A DNA stretch of 48,951 nt from an uncultured Methanosarcinales archaeon. GTDB lineage: Archaea; Nanobdellota; Nanobdellia; Woesearchaeales; GW2011-AR4. The position numbers and the translations under genes were made by a program. The DNA lies in NCBI GenBank assembly GCA_964564925.1, contig CAZMBY010000004.1:12892-61842 (forward strand), written 5' to 3'. The notes below the pieces were generated by a model that had not been told where the DNA came from, made no database searches, and saw only the letters and a list, made by a program, of their open reading frames with translations. The number at the start of each line of letters is the position of its first letter. Within the stretch, counting starts at the first letter, position 1. Shown in pieces: positions 26,661-35,463 of the stretch.

Positions 26661-27698
26661 CTATTCTATTTTCTCAAGTTTTACAGCTTTTGGCAACGGC
26701 ACATAAATATGCTCTATATAAGCGAGCAATGTCTGATGGTTTCTGATTATTTCTGAAAAATAAGTCTTTATCTCCTTCACAGTCGAATGGAAATGCCTGG
26801 GGCTGTCTGCAGCGACATAAAGAAGGAAATCCCACAAACCCAATGTCTTGACAGCCCGCAATATGTAGGGATGTGTTGTGACAAACTGCTTGAACTTCTC
26901 ATCATATTGCTTGTTGAAGGTCTTGACTGCCAGGCTGAAAGTGTACCAATGGTAGTCTAAAGCGCTTAAGTTAGCCAAGATGGTGAATTTTCTGATGACA
27001 TTGCCATCCACCATTTTTTTGATCCTGTAATTGACAGCATCTGCTGTCAAATCAATTTTTTCTGCGATCTTAACTGACGGTGTTCTGCAGTTCTCGCACA
27101 GTTCATTTAAGATTTTCAAATCAAGCTCGTCAAGCTTGATTTCTTTGCCGGTATAATTATCTTCCTCAACTTTATGGCCGCTTTGCTCGTAGAATCTTAA
27201 AGGCAGGTGTATTGAAGTGTAGCCTTTGATGACCTGCATTTTTTCCTTCTCAAAAATAAGCTGCGGGAATCTGCTTGTGATATCTTCAACAATCTGGTCA
27301 AATTCCCTTAAATTCCTCGCAATCAAAACAACCTCGTAATCCCAACGATCGCTGTATTCAATGATATTCTTTACATTTTCATTATTTTTCAGGAATGATA
27401 AAAACTCCTCCTGTTTCTTCTTATCCATCTCGTCTATCAAAAAGAAAATGTGGAATGTTTCATAACCTAACTTTTCAAGATTTATAATCGGAAAAAAGGA
27501 AATTACCACCCCTTCCCGGACGAGCCTTTTTATCCTGTAATCAATAGCGTCCCTGCTAAGCCTGACTTTTTTTGCTATCGCATTCAAAGGCAATCTTGAA
27601 TTCTCAGAGAGCATTGACAGTATTTTTTTATCCTTTAAGTCTATCTTAATCTCAGAAAGCCTCATAGTCTCGGCAATTCTTCCTTTTGGGCGCTCCAT
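26661..27698 (-). CDS. Tandem (duplicated) Lrp/AsnC transcriptional regulator
   Basis: Two HTH units (LDLKDKKIL...NSRLPLNAIAKKVRLSRDAIDYRIKRL and LDELDLKIL...NCRTPSVKIAEKIDLTADAVNYRIKKM), each followed by a RAM-like domain. Confidence 0.9.
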   Translation of the reverse strand: MERPKGRIAETMRLSEIKIDLKDKKILSMLSENSRLPLNAIAKKVRLSRDAIDYRIKRLVREGVVISFFPIINLEKLGYETFHIFFLIDEMDKKKQEEFLSFLKNNENVKNIIEYSDRWDYEVVLIARNLREFDQIVEDITSRFPQLIFEKEKMQVIKGYTSIHLPLRFYEQSGHKVEEDNYTGKEIKLDELDLKILNELCENCRTPSVKIAEKIDLTADAVNYRIKKMVDGNVIRKFTILANLSALDYHWYTFSLAVKTFNKQYDEKFKQFVTTHPYILRAVKTLGLWDFLLYVAADSPRHFHSTVKEIKTYFSEIIRNHQTLLAYIEHIYVPLPKAVKLEKIE

Positions 27699-27898
27699 AA
27701 ATGGAAGTTAGCAAGCAACATTTATAAATTTTTTGATTTTACTGAAATTTAGCTTAAAATTTCATTAGAAAAAAAAATTAAGTAATTTTTAAAATAAAAT
27801 ACGTAAAAATTGGAAATTTCTTCTAAAAATACCTTATTTTAAGGAAAATAGCATAATTACTTTCTTATATAAGCCCGCTTTTCTAATGCGAATATTGG

Positions 27899-28156
27899 GT
27901 GATTAATATGGGAAGACTTAGAAGAGCTATTGGAGCCGTGTACGAGCCTGCAGCCTTAACAGCCGGCGTTTATGGTGCAGCCAAAGGATTGCATGAGAAT
28001 GTGGCCAAAGGCATCAACGGCCTTACAAATGGCAGCTTGGATTCCATAGTGCTAAGCTTTCCTTACATGCTGCAAGGGGCTGCTGAGATTGCGCCTTACG
28101 GCTTGTTAGTCTATGCCCTGATGAAAGGTGGCCGAAGCCTTGTCAGAGGAGGCTAA
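27899..28156 (+). CDS. Small Gly/Ala-rich membrane protein (paralog A)
   Basis: Two hydrophobic segments; shares AGVYGA..G and PY...VY with the next ORF. The start may be ATG 27908. Confidence 0.7.
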   Translation: MINMGRLRRAIGAVYEPAALTAGVYGAAKGLHENVAKGINGLTNGSLDSIVLSFPYMLQGAAEIAPYGLLVYALMKGGRSLVRGG

Positions 28157-28164
28157 CAGGAAAA

Positions 28165-28416
28165 ATGGGATTCGTGCTGCAGAATTTATGCGAGATAACC
28201 CTTTTAGGTGCTGGGGTATACGGAGCCACAAGAGGGTGGAATTCACAGTTGGCTGATAGGATTCACAGAATTTCAGACGGAAGGCTTGAAGAAATCGCAG
28301 ATATGGCACCCAAATATATGCGGCCTTTGGTTTACAAATCCATTGATGTATTACCTTACACTGTTGCAGTATATTGCGCTGTAAATGCTGGCGGAAAATT
28401 GGCAGGTTTGCTCTAG
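28165..28416 (+). CDS. Small Gly/Ala-rich membrane protein (paralog B)
   Basis: AGGA RBS; colinear similarity to 27899-28156. Confidence 0.7.
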   Translation: MGFVLQNLCEITLLGAGVYGATRGWNSQLADRIHRISDGRLEEIADMAPKYMRPLVYKSIDVLPYTVAVYCAVNAGGKLAGLL

Positions 28417-28477
28417 GCTAAAAACCGAAAGATTTAAATATGAATGTTACTACTATAATATAGTAATTAGTCATAAA

Positions 28478-29092
28478 ATGTTTAATTCGGAAAATTCAAC
28501 TGGAATTGCACAAAATAGCAAAAGTCTTGGAATGCTTTATCGCTCAGCTTATGCTCTAATGCTCTTTGCAGCCTGTTCGAGCCCCACTACTGCAAGAATA
28601 GGGGGGGAATTAGCCACTAAGCTTGATAGTGATCCAAAAAATGCCGGCAAAGGAACATACACTCTCAAAATTAAACTTGCTCAAGATGTTCCACCTTTTC
28701 GCCTGAAGCAAGGAGAACCTATGACGCTTATCGTTGATAAAGCTACAATACCGGATCCATATAGAGGTAATCTGGATAAATGCTTAAAACCGTGGTATGG
28801 ATTAGGGGATATTGCATGCACGATAGAAGCTGATGTTTCTGGGAATAAAGACCAAGGGGATAGACCATATCACGCTGACGGGTCTAGAATAAGGAAAGTG
28901 GAAGTGCGAACTCCTGTGGGTAAGGCAGGGAAAGGCCTGTGGGATTTATTAAGAGAAGGCAAGGATACGGCACAGGATTTCTTAAAAAGGCATGAAGTTG
29001 AAGAAAAAGCAAAAGAAATCGGAAAAAGCATCGTCGAGAGCGCGAAAGAAGGAGCAGCATCATTAAAAGAGAAAATAGAAGGCAAGAAATAA
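28478..29092 (+). CDS. Putative lipoprotein, function unknown
   Basis: Own TATA (AAAGATTTAAATA at 28428-28440), lipobox-like FAAC, a Cys pair, and a charged amphipathic C-tail. Start is 28478 or 28532. Confidence 0.65.
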   Translation: MFNSENSTGIAQNSKSLGMLYRSAYALMLFAACSSPTTARIGGELATKLDSDPKNAGKGTYTLKIKLAQDVPPFRLKQGEPMTLIVDKATIPDPYRGNLDKCLKPWYGLGDIACTIEADVSGNKDQGDRPYHADGSRIRKVEVRTPVGKAGKGLWDLLREGKDTAQDFLKRHEVEEKAKEIGKSIVESAKEGAASLKEKIEGKK

Positions 29093-29093
29093 A

Positions 29094-30053
29094 ATGGCAC
29101 GATTTTTTAGAGTAAGAAGGCCACCTGTTACAGGCGCTAATGGAAAGCAGGATGCGGATAAGCATGAGAATAATAGGCGCGGTAGAGTAGCAAAAACAGC
29201 AAAAGCTATTGTGTGGGGTGCTCGTAGCGGAAATGTTGTGGGCTCTGCTTTTGTAGGTTACGAACTTCACACAGTTTCAGGTCCAATATTGGCTTTTATT
29301 TCCCCATCTTACCAGCTTGCAAAAGTAGCGCATGATATGTATAACTCCTTGTTTAGTGGTGATCAACAGCAAGCTATAAAAAATCTTGACAGCATTCTAA
29401 GAGAGGGATCCTTACGCCAAAGCGACCACGCTACTGCTAGGACTTATTTGGATAATTTCATGACTTACAGGCTTGCAGCCACAACTTTTGACAGAGGAAA
29501 AGAAAATGCTGTTGCAGCCGTTGTAAAAGGGAGCGAGGCCGCTAAAAGAATAACTCAGCAGGCACCAACAGCAGAATACACAAAGCCTTTTGAGGACGTT
29601 CATCGTGGTTTACATGACTGGCTCTTGAACACATTTGGTGGAGCAAAAGCTGACGATCCAAAATATATAGATAATTTTGTAAATTTGAATAGATTGAAAG
29701 TAGATGCATATGATACTTTGCAATCAACTTCATCAAAAGTCACGGAAGAAATTGCTAAGCCCAAACCTAATTTAGGCTATGTAGTTAAAGAGATGCAAAC
29801 CTTTAATAAAGCATATGAACTATTAAAGAAAGAAGATGAGGTTGCCAGAGTCGGTGTAGAGAAGGTGGATACAGCTCAATTAAAGACGATGCAGCAACAG
29901 ATTGACTCCATAAAGCCGAGCCAGGGTTGGATTACATTTGATGTGGTATTCCCGACGCTTGCAGCGGGTGCTTTATGTTATATTGTTCATCGTAAATTGG
30001 TAAGACCATTCACTAAGGCTGTATATTTGGCTAGTGGAATATATAAATCATAA
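29094..30053 (+). CDS. Hypothetical alpha-helical protein with hydrophobic segments near both ends
   Basis: 319-aa ORF coupled to its neighbours; C-terminal TM-like FDVVFPTLAAGALCYIV. Confidence 0.7.
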   Translation: MARFFRVRRPPVTGANGKQDADKHENNRRGRVAKTAKAIVWGARSGNVVGSAFVGYELHTVSGPILAFISPSYQLAKVAHDMYNSLFSGDQQQAIKNLDSILREGSLRQSDHATARTYLDNFMTYRLAATTFDRGKENAVAAVVKGSEAAKRITQQAPTAEYTKPFEDVHRGLHDWLLNTFGGAKADDPKYIDNFVNLNRLKVDAYDTLQSTSSKVTEEIAKPKPNLGYVVKEMQTFNKAYELLKKEDEVARVGVEKVDTAQLKTMQQQIDSIKPSQGWITFDVVFPTLAAGALCYIVHRKLVRPFTKAVYLASGIYKS

Positions 30054-30055
30054 AG

Positions 30056-30445
30056 GTGAGGAAAATGGAAGCAAAAATACATCAAGACGTTGTAAAATGT
30101 GAAGCAAATGTATCAATTAGTGAAGTTGCCAAAACTATAAGAGACAAAAAAGTTAGACATGTCTATGTTATTGAGCATAACAAGCTGGTTGGCGTGATAG
30201 GCGGTATAGACATAAACAACAAGGTGGTGGCTGAAGGCAAGGATCCAAAAGCTGTCAAGGTGAAGGATGTGATGAATAAAGCACAATCTGTAACAAAAAA
30301 TCAGGAGCTGGAGTACGCCTATGCAATCATGAGGAATTTCAACACATTTACATGCCCTGTTGTGAATGAAAACAAAGAAATGATAGGTTATTACAAATTT
30401 GCAGAAGTTTGTGAGGCAATAAACAAAAAAATAATGGTGGAATAA
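30056..30445 (+). CDS. CBS domain-pair protein
   Basis: IRDKKVRHVYVIEHNKLVGVIGGIDI, VKDVM and CPVVNENKEMIG. Confidence 0.88.
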   Translation: MRKMEAKIHQDVVKCEANVSISEVAKTIRDKKVRHVYVIEHNKLVGVIGGIDINNKVVAEGKDPKAVKVKDVMNKAQSVTKNQELEYAYAIMRNFNTFTCPVVNENKEMIGYYKFAEVCEAINKKIMVE

Positions 30446-31069
30446 ATGAGCCTGACTGACATAGTATCAAGGGAATTTGCAAGAGCAAAGAATTTTTTGT
30501 TAACTCCAAAAGAGAAACAGGATATGCTTAAATATATCACTCAATACGATCTTAAAGATCACTTTGATAATGTCCCTGAAGAGCAAAAGCAGAAATTATA
30601 CCAAAGGTTAGAGCATCACTTGGACCAAACTATGCTTAAGTATTCTTCTTATCTTGACTCTTGGTCAAACAAGCTTGGAAAATTAGGCGGGATCGGTACT
30701 GTATTGTCAGATGCTTTTGCTTTGTTTGAAAAAATACCTGGTGCTATATACAGCCCATTGCACACGCTTTACGTGATGGGTAAAACAGCAGTAGAGGCTC
30801 CCGGATTCCTGTATTACGCTTTTAAGGAAGGAGATTACTTAGGAATACTTAAGTGGTTAGGTATGAAGCCGTTTGAATTAGCCATACCTCTTTTAGGCCC
30901 TTTGATGGGCACTGGATGGACAGAAAGAATAATCAGGCAAAGAATAATGTACGAGGCCAAGCAGAACTTCCTGAATGAGATTGGAAAATCAGCTGAAGCA
31001 CCATACAAAGCGCTTGACAGGCGTGCCAAGGAAAGGACGGGCTATGCAATAGCCCCGATGTATTCTTAA
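30446..31069 (+). CDS. Hypothetical membrane-associated protein
   Basis: 207-aa ORF directly after the CBS stop codon, with Gly-rich hydrophobic stretches. Confidence 0.7.
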   Translation: MSLTDIVSREFARAKNFLLTPKEKQDMLKYITQYDLKDHFDNVPEEQKQKLYQRLEHHLDQTMLKYSSYLDSWSNKLGKLGGIGTVLSDAFALFEKIPGAIYSPLHTLYVMGKTAVEAPGFLYYAFKEGDYLGILKWLGMKPFELAIPLLGPLMGTGWTERIIRQRIMYEAKQNFLNEIGKSAEAPYKALDRRAKERTGYAIAPMYS

Positions 31070-31096
31070 TTTATTTTATTTTTATCTGCATTTCAG

Positions 31097-31309
31097 GGAC
31101 AACCCAAGTTAAGTGGGAAAAGTAAATCCGTGCCTTTCGGCACAAAGGATACTCGCCCCGCATTGGGCGAAATTTATTATTGATTGAATAATAAATTCCT
31201 AGGCGAGGCTTTGCGCAATGGCAACAAAAGCAAAGCTGAGCACTAAATTATGCCGAAGGCAGATTTATATTTTAAAATTAGTCACCAACACACTTTACTT
31301 GGTCTTACC
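31097..31309. mobile_element. MITE, 213 bp, with imperfect TIRs and a 9-bp TSD
   Basis: GCATTTCAG is directly repeated at 31088-31096 and 31310-31318. The ends GGACAACCCAAGTTAAGTG and (reverse complement) GGTAAGACCAAGTAAAGTG match at 14/19. The interior is a string of hairpins. Confidence 0.8.
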
Positions 31310-31354
31310 GCATTTCAGTAACATTTTTAAACCACCCTCAAATACATTCTTACA

Positions 31355-31663
31355 ATGAAGCTTCCAAAAATCATGAATAGATACTGCCCATACTGTAAGA
31401 AACATACAGAACATACAGTTTCCCTCACAAAGAAGAAGAACCCAGGGAGCCTGACTTATGGCTCAAAAGTGCGGGCTAGAAAAAGAGGACGTGCAAGAGG
31501 AAAGGGAAATCTTGGGAGATATTCAAAGCCGGCAATCAGCAAGTTCAAGATGACCGGCAAGAAATCCACTAAGAAGACAGATTTGAGGTATGAATGCAAG
31601 GTGTGCAAGAAAATTCACTTGCAGAGGCAGGGTTTCAGGGCTAAGAAAATTGAATTCACCTGA
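31355..31663 (+). CDS. rpl44e: 50S ribosomal protein L44e
   Basis: YCPYCKKHTEH...KSTKKTDLRYECKVCKK zinc ribbon. Confidence 0.95.
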   Translation: MKLPKIMNRYCPYCKKHTEHTVSLTKKKNPGSLTYGSKVRARKRGRARGKGNLGRYSKPAISKFKMTGKKSTKKTDLRYECKVCKKIHLQRQGFRAKKIEFT

Positions 31664-31717
31664 GCTGTACTCACGGGCAAATATGATTGAGCAATTGTTG
31701 CCCGTTCGTAATACAAA

Positions 31718-31755
31718 GAAAACCTTACGGTTTTCGAGTGCTCAAAAATCTTTGA
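31718..31755 (+). repeat. Minimal double-hairpin relative of the 24309/25821 element
   Basis: GAAAACC-TTAC-GGTTTTC GAGTGC TCAAAAATC-TTT-GATTTTTGAC AAG, with the same linker and right end as copy 2. Confidence 0.6.
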
Positions 31756-31789
31756 TTTTTGACAAGTAAAGGCAATAATTTATTCTCAA

Positions 31790-33190
31790 TCATTTGTTGC
31801 CTTTACTATATTTGCACTGGTAGACGATGTAGGCTCCTTCTTTTTCGTCATAGAACTGGCTCAGAAATTCGCAATTCTTATTCAGGAAATCCAATACATT
31901 CCCAAAGGACGAAATGCCGTGTGCAGACCTTATTATAAACAAAATGTCCTTTCCCTTGATTCGCTCAAGGACTTTGTCTAAATCTACTTGTCCTGTGGCA
32001 AAAACCTGGTCATTTGTGTCAACAGAATCAAATGCAACTCTCTTATTCGTCAACAATGCCAGCAATGGAACAACTGATCCATCTCCAAAAAGCAAAGTGT
32101 CTTCATTTGAAACTGAATTCACATAATCAACTAGGTCATTGCGCCTTTCAAAACCCGAAAATCCCTCTTTTTCCAGAAATAAGACATCTGCAGCCAAATT
32201 CCATGAAAATATGGACATCAGCAAAAGCACAACAAGACCTTTCCAAACTTTAGCGAAGTCAAGGAGCTTAAGAAGCCTTACAACGCCAAAGCCTCCAATC
32301 ACAGCCAAAAGCGGAAATATTATCGTCAGGTAAAATCCAAAAATCTTGTTAAGGGCCAGCAAAAATGCCAGGTATAACAGGCAAATAATTCCAAACATGC
32401 CTACAGCTTTCCTTTCTTTCACGAATAATGCTAAAATTGCAGATAAAAACAGCAGCCAGTTAAGCTTTACAACATCGAAATATTCCTTGAAATTTGCATC
32501 GTAATCAGGAGTCTTGATCAGGTGAAACTTGTAAGTGTCGTCTATATAGGCACCTTTGGAAATAACGATAAAGAGGATGTTGACAAAAAGAAAAACAATC
32601 AAGAAACCAATCAGCATCCTAAAAGAGTTTTTTTTGTTCGAAAAGAAGAGGGATGCCAACACAAAGGCTATAGGTATCAATACCAAAAATCTCGTGATTC
32701 CGGCAACCCCAAAAAAAATGCCAGCCAGGAAATATTTTTCTTTATTGAAAAAAAGGTAAACGCCGATAATAAAGAACATCGTTGCAATTTCAACTCCGAA
32801 TGAAAAAGCAGAATTGAACATGGTGCTGTAAGCAAACAAAAACAGCAAGCTTGAGACTGCAGCTTCTGCAGCGCCAAACCTGTCTTTTGCTATCCTAAAC
32901 ACAAAATATGAAGTTATCAGCGTTGAAGCCAATGCCAAGGATTTTAAAAAGACAATATTAAATCCAAATATCCTGTAAATAATTGACATCAGGTAAATTT
33001 GCAAAGGGGGGTGTGCAAAGAAGAAGTCCCTGTACGGCAGCATTCCTTCCGCGACAAGCCTGCCCATGTAGTAATACACATTCTCATCCCCTGGCTGAAC
33101 TGTGACAAGTCCTTTTATCGCAATCAGGATGAATGCAGCTAAAAAAGCAAAGAGAAAAAAATAAGCCGATTTGGCATTTAGTTTCGACAT
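31790..33190 (-). CDS. Multi-TM GT-C fold glycosyltransferase (ArnT/GT39-like)
   Basis: PGDENVYYYMG...GMLPYRDFFFAHPPLQIY early loop and about 11 TM helices. ATG 33190 is preferred as start. Confidence 0.82.
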   Translation of the reverse strand: MSKLNAKSAYFFLFAFLAAFILIAIKGLVTVQPGDENVYYYMGRLVAEGMLPYRDFFFAHPPLQIYLMSIIYRIFGFNIVFLKSLALASTLITSYFVFRIAKDRFGAAEAAVSSLLFLFAYSTMFNSAFSFGVEIATMFFIIGVYLFFNKEKYFLAGIFFGVAGITRFLVLIPIAFVLASLFFSNKKNSFRMLIGFLIVFLFVNILFIVISKGAYIDDTYKFHLIKTPDYDANFKEYFDVVKLNWLLFLSAILALFVKERKAVGMFGIICLLYLAFLLALNKIFGFYLTIIFPLLAVIGGFGVVRLLKLLDFAKVWKGLVVLLLMSIFSWNLAADVLFLEKEGFSGFERRNDLVDYVNSVSNEDTLLFGDGSVVPLLALLTNKRVAFDSVDTNDQVFATGQVDLDKVLERIKGKDILFIIRSAHGISSFGNVLDFLNKNCEFLSQFYDEKEGAYIVYQCKYSKGNK

Positions 33191-33460
33191 GAAGCTAATC
33201 TTATTTGAATATATATAATTTTTATTGTTTTTTGAGGGGGCTTTGTGTAAAAAGTCGTCCTTAGTTTGTTTTGGCATCAGTTCGCATGTAATTTTGCAGT
33301 TGATAGCAAAAATTCCCATTGCAATTTCCTTTTTGCTGAAATTGTTGGTATGTAATGCTCACAAATAAAGATGCCAAAACCACATTTTACACAAAGCCTT
33401 TTGAGGGGAAAGGTATATAAATGGCAGAAAATTACTTCTGCCCCATAAGAAGGTGGAAAA

Positions 33461-33646
33461 ATGACAAGAATCAGGGATCCAACAAGCAAATTCATAAAAA
33501 TAAGATGCCCTAAATGCAAGAATGAGCAAATAACCTTTGGAAAAACATCCACTGTTGTCAGTTGCCTGGTTTGCGGAAAGGCTCTTGCAGAGCCGACTGG
33601 CGGTAAAAGCAGGATCAAAGCCAGAATACTAGAGGTACTGGAATAA
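33461..33646 (+). CDS. rps27e: 30S ribosomal protein S27e
   Basis: SKFIKIRCPKCKNEQITFGK...VSCLVCGKALAEPTGGK; AGGTG RBS. Confidence 0.96.
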   Translation: MTRIRDPTSKFIKIRCPKCKNEQITFGKTSTVVSCLVCGKALAEPTGGKSRIKARILEVLE

Positions 33647-33655
33647 GTGCCCAAA

Positions 33656-34432
33656 ATGCTTTTTAAAAAACATGGCTTTCCAGAAGAAGGGGAATCAGTT
33701 CTATGCACCGTAACAAGCGTGCAATACCATTCTGTTTTTGTTGACCTGGACGAATATGGCAAATCCGGCTTAATCCATATCTCTGAGGTTTCTCCCGGCA
33801 GGATCAGGAATATAAGGGACTTTGTGAAGGAAGGAAAAAAAGTTGTATGCAAGGTCCTTAGGATAAACGAGGAGAAAGGCTACATTGACCTGTCTCTGCG
33901 AAGAGTTAACGAGTCTGAAAAAAGAAGGAAAATTGAAGACATCAAGAAGGAGCAGAATGCAGAAAAAATCGTGGAGATTGCAGCCAAGAAAATCGGCCTA
34001 AAGACTGAAGAATTTTATGCTGAGCTTTCCGCGAAGATAAATAAAAGGTATGCTTCTGTGCATGAATTTTTTGAAGAATGCTCAAAAGATGAAAGTTTGC
34101 TGCAAAATCTCGGAATAGATAAAGATCGCCTGAAGCTGCTTGATGAAACGATAAAGCAGAGGATCAAGCCAACAGAAGTTGAAATAAAAGGCAAGCTTAA
34201 GATAACAACATATGCGCCTAACGGCATTGACATCATAAAGGATTCTCTGAAGAAGGCAGAACAGTCCGCAGACAACAGGATAGGCATAAATTATCTTGGC
34301 TCTGGGCTTTACCGGTTTAAAGTCAAGGCGTCCGATTACAAGGAGGCTGAGAAACTCATGAAAAATGCAGTTGAAACTGCAGTTGGTTACATTACAAAGC
34401 ATGCGGGCCTTGCAGAATTCAATCGGGAATAA
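33656..34432 (+). CDS. eif2a: Translation initiation factor aIF-2 subunit alpha
   Basis: FPEEGESVLCTV, S1 domain GLIHISEVSPGRIRNIRDFV, GYIDLSLRRV and YLGSGLYR. Confidence 0.95.
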   Translation: MLFKKHGFPEEGESVLCTVTSVQYHSVFVDLDEYGKSGLIHISEVSPGRIRNIRDFVKEGKKVVCKVLRINEEKGYIDLSLRRVNESEKRRKIEDIKKEQNAEKIVEIAAKKIGLKTEEFYAELSAKINKRYASVHEFFEECSKDESLLQNLGIDKDRLKLLDETIKQRIKPTEVEIKGKLKITTYAPNGIDIIKDSLKKAEQSADNRIGINYLGSGLYRFKVKASDYKEAEKLMKNAVETAVGYITKHAGLAEFNRE

Positions 34433-34434
34433 AA

Positions 34435-34608
34435 ATGAAACATATTTTGAAATGCACCAATTGCCATAAATACACAATGAAAGAAACCTGTGATTGCGGC
34501 AGCAAGACAATAGTCGCGCGCCCATTAAAATACAGCCCACACGACAGGATGACTTCTTACAGGAGACAGGCAAAGGCAGAGGATTACAGGAACAGGGATT
34601 TAATATGA
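34435..34608 (+). CDS. nop10: H/ACA RNP protein Nop10 (missing from the ORF track)
   Basis: Translated by hand as MKHILKCTNCHKYTMKETCDCGSKTIVARPLKYSPHDRMTSYRRQAKAEDYRNRDLI*. Zinc knuckle, P.kYSP.D motif and canonical position after aIF2-alpha. Confidence 0.92.
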   Translation: MKHILKCTNCHKYTMKETCDCGSKTIVARPLKYSPHDRMTSYRRQAKAEDYRNRDLI

Positions 34609-35408
34609 GAGAAGGCTATTGGAAGATCATCCAGATTGGCAAAGCTCCAAAGCTGAACAATCCAGTTTTTATTGAAGGTTTGCCGGGCATAGGAAATGTC
34701 GGGAAAGTTGCAGTTGATTTTCTTATAGACGAGCTTAAAGCCAAGAAATTGTACGAGATAACTTCTTACACATTTCCCCATTCAGTCTTTGTGAATGAAG
34801 ACAATATTGTGGAACTGCCGATTGTTGAGGTTTTTTATAAGCAGTTTGGCGGCAAGAGGCCTGACCTTTTGCTGCTTGGAGGGGATGTACAGCCCATTGA
34901 CGAGGTAAGCTCCTACGAGTTTTCAGAAAAGATTCTTGATATAGTTGAGAAGTTCAACGGGAAAGAGGTGATAACTTTGGGCGGCATAGGACTCGCTGAA
35001 ATTCCAAAAAAGCCAAAGGTTTATTGCACCGGTAACACAAAAAAGATAATAGACAAGTACAAAAGCGAGCTTGTGAGCGATAAGATTTATGGAGTTGTAG
35101 GCCCTATTGTGGGGGTATCCGGGCTTCTGCTTGGCTTGGCTTCAAGAAGAAACATTCAAGCAGTCTCTTTCTTGGCAGAAACTTATGGCCATCCTATGTA
35201 CCTTGGAATTAAAGGAGCAAAAGAAATCCTGAAAGTCCTAAACCAGCAGCTGAAGCTTGAGCTCGACATAAACAAATTGGATAAGGAAATCAAAGACATT
35301 GAAAATGAGGTTTTGAAAAAGACAGAGCAGTTAAGTGAAGTCTCGAAGCAGTTTGCATTGAAAAAGCTCCAGAAAAAATTTGGCAAGGACGTGGATTATA
35401 TCGGGTAA
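34605..35408 (+). CDS. PAC2-family proteasome assembly chaperone
   Basis: FIEGLPGIGNVGKVAVDFL, LLGGDVQP and GPIVGVSGLLLG. ATG 34605 overlaps the nop10 stop (ATGA). Confidence 0.9.
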   Translation: MREGYWKIIQIGKAPKLNNPVFIEGLPGIGNVGKVAVDFLIDELKAKKLYEITSYTFPHSVFVNEDNIVELPIVEVFYKQFGGKRPDLLLLGGDVQPIDEVSSYEFSEKILDIVEKFNGKEVITLGGIGLAEIPKKPKVYCTGNTKKIIDKYKSELVSDKIYGVVGPIVGVSGLLLGLASRRNIQAVSFLAETYGHPMYLGIKGAKEILKVLNQQLKLELDINKLDKEIKDIENEVLKKTEQLSEVSKQFALKKLQKKFGKDVDYIG

Positions 35409-35463
35409 CCATTCCGAAATGTTTAAATATGCCTCTTAGTCTTGACATTCTATTCAAAAGGGC

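Noticed and set aside
33421-33513. uORF/hairpin (GGCAGAA/TTCTGCC) before rps27e
   Set aside because: It overlaps the TATA-to-TSS interval, so it is probably not fully transcribed, and it has no informative codon bias.
34494-34604. N-terminal extension of PAC2 given by the ORF track
   Set aside because: The region is occupied by nop10 in another frame; ATG 34605 overlaps the nop10 stop.
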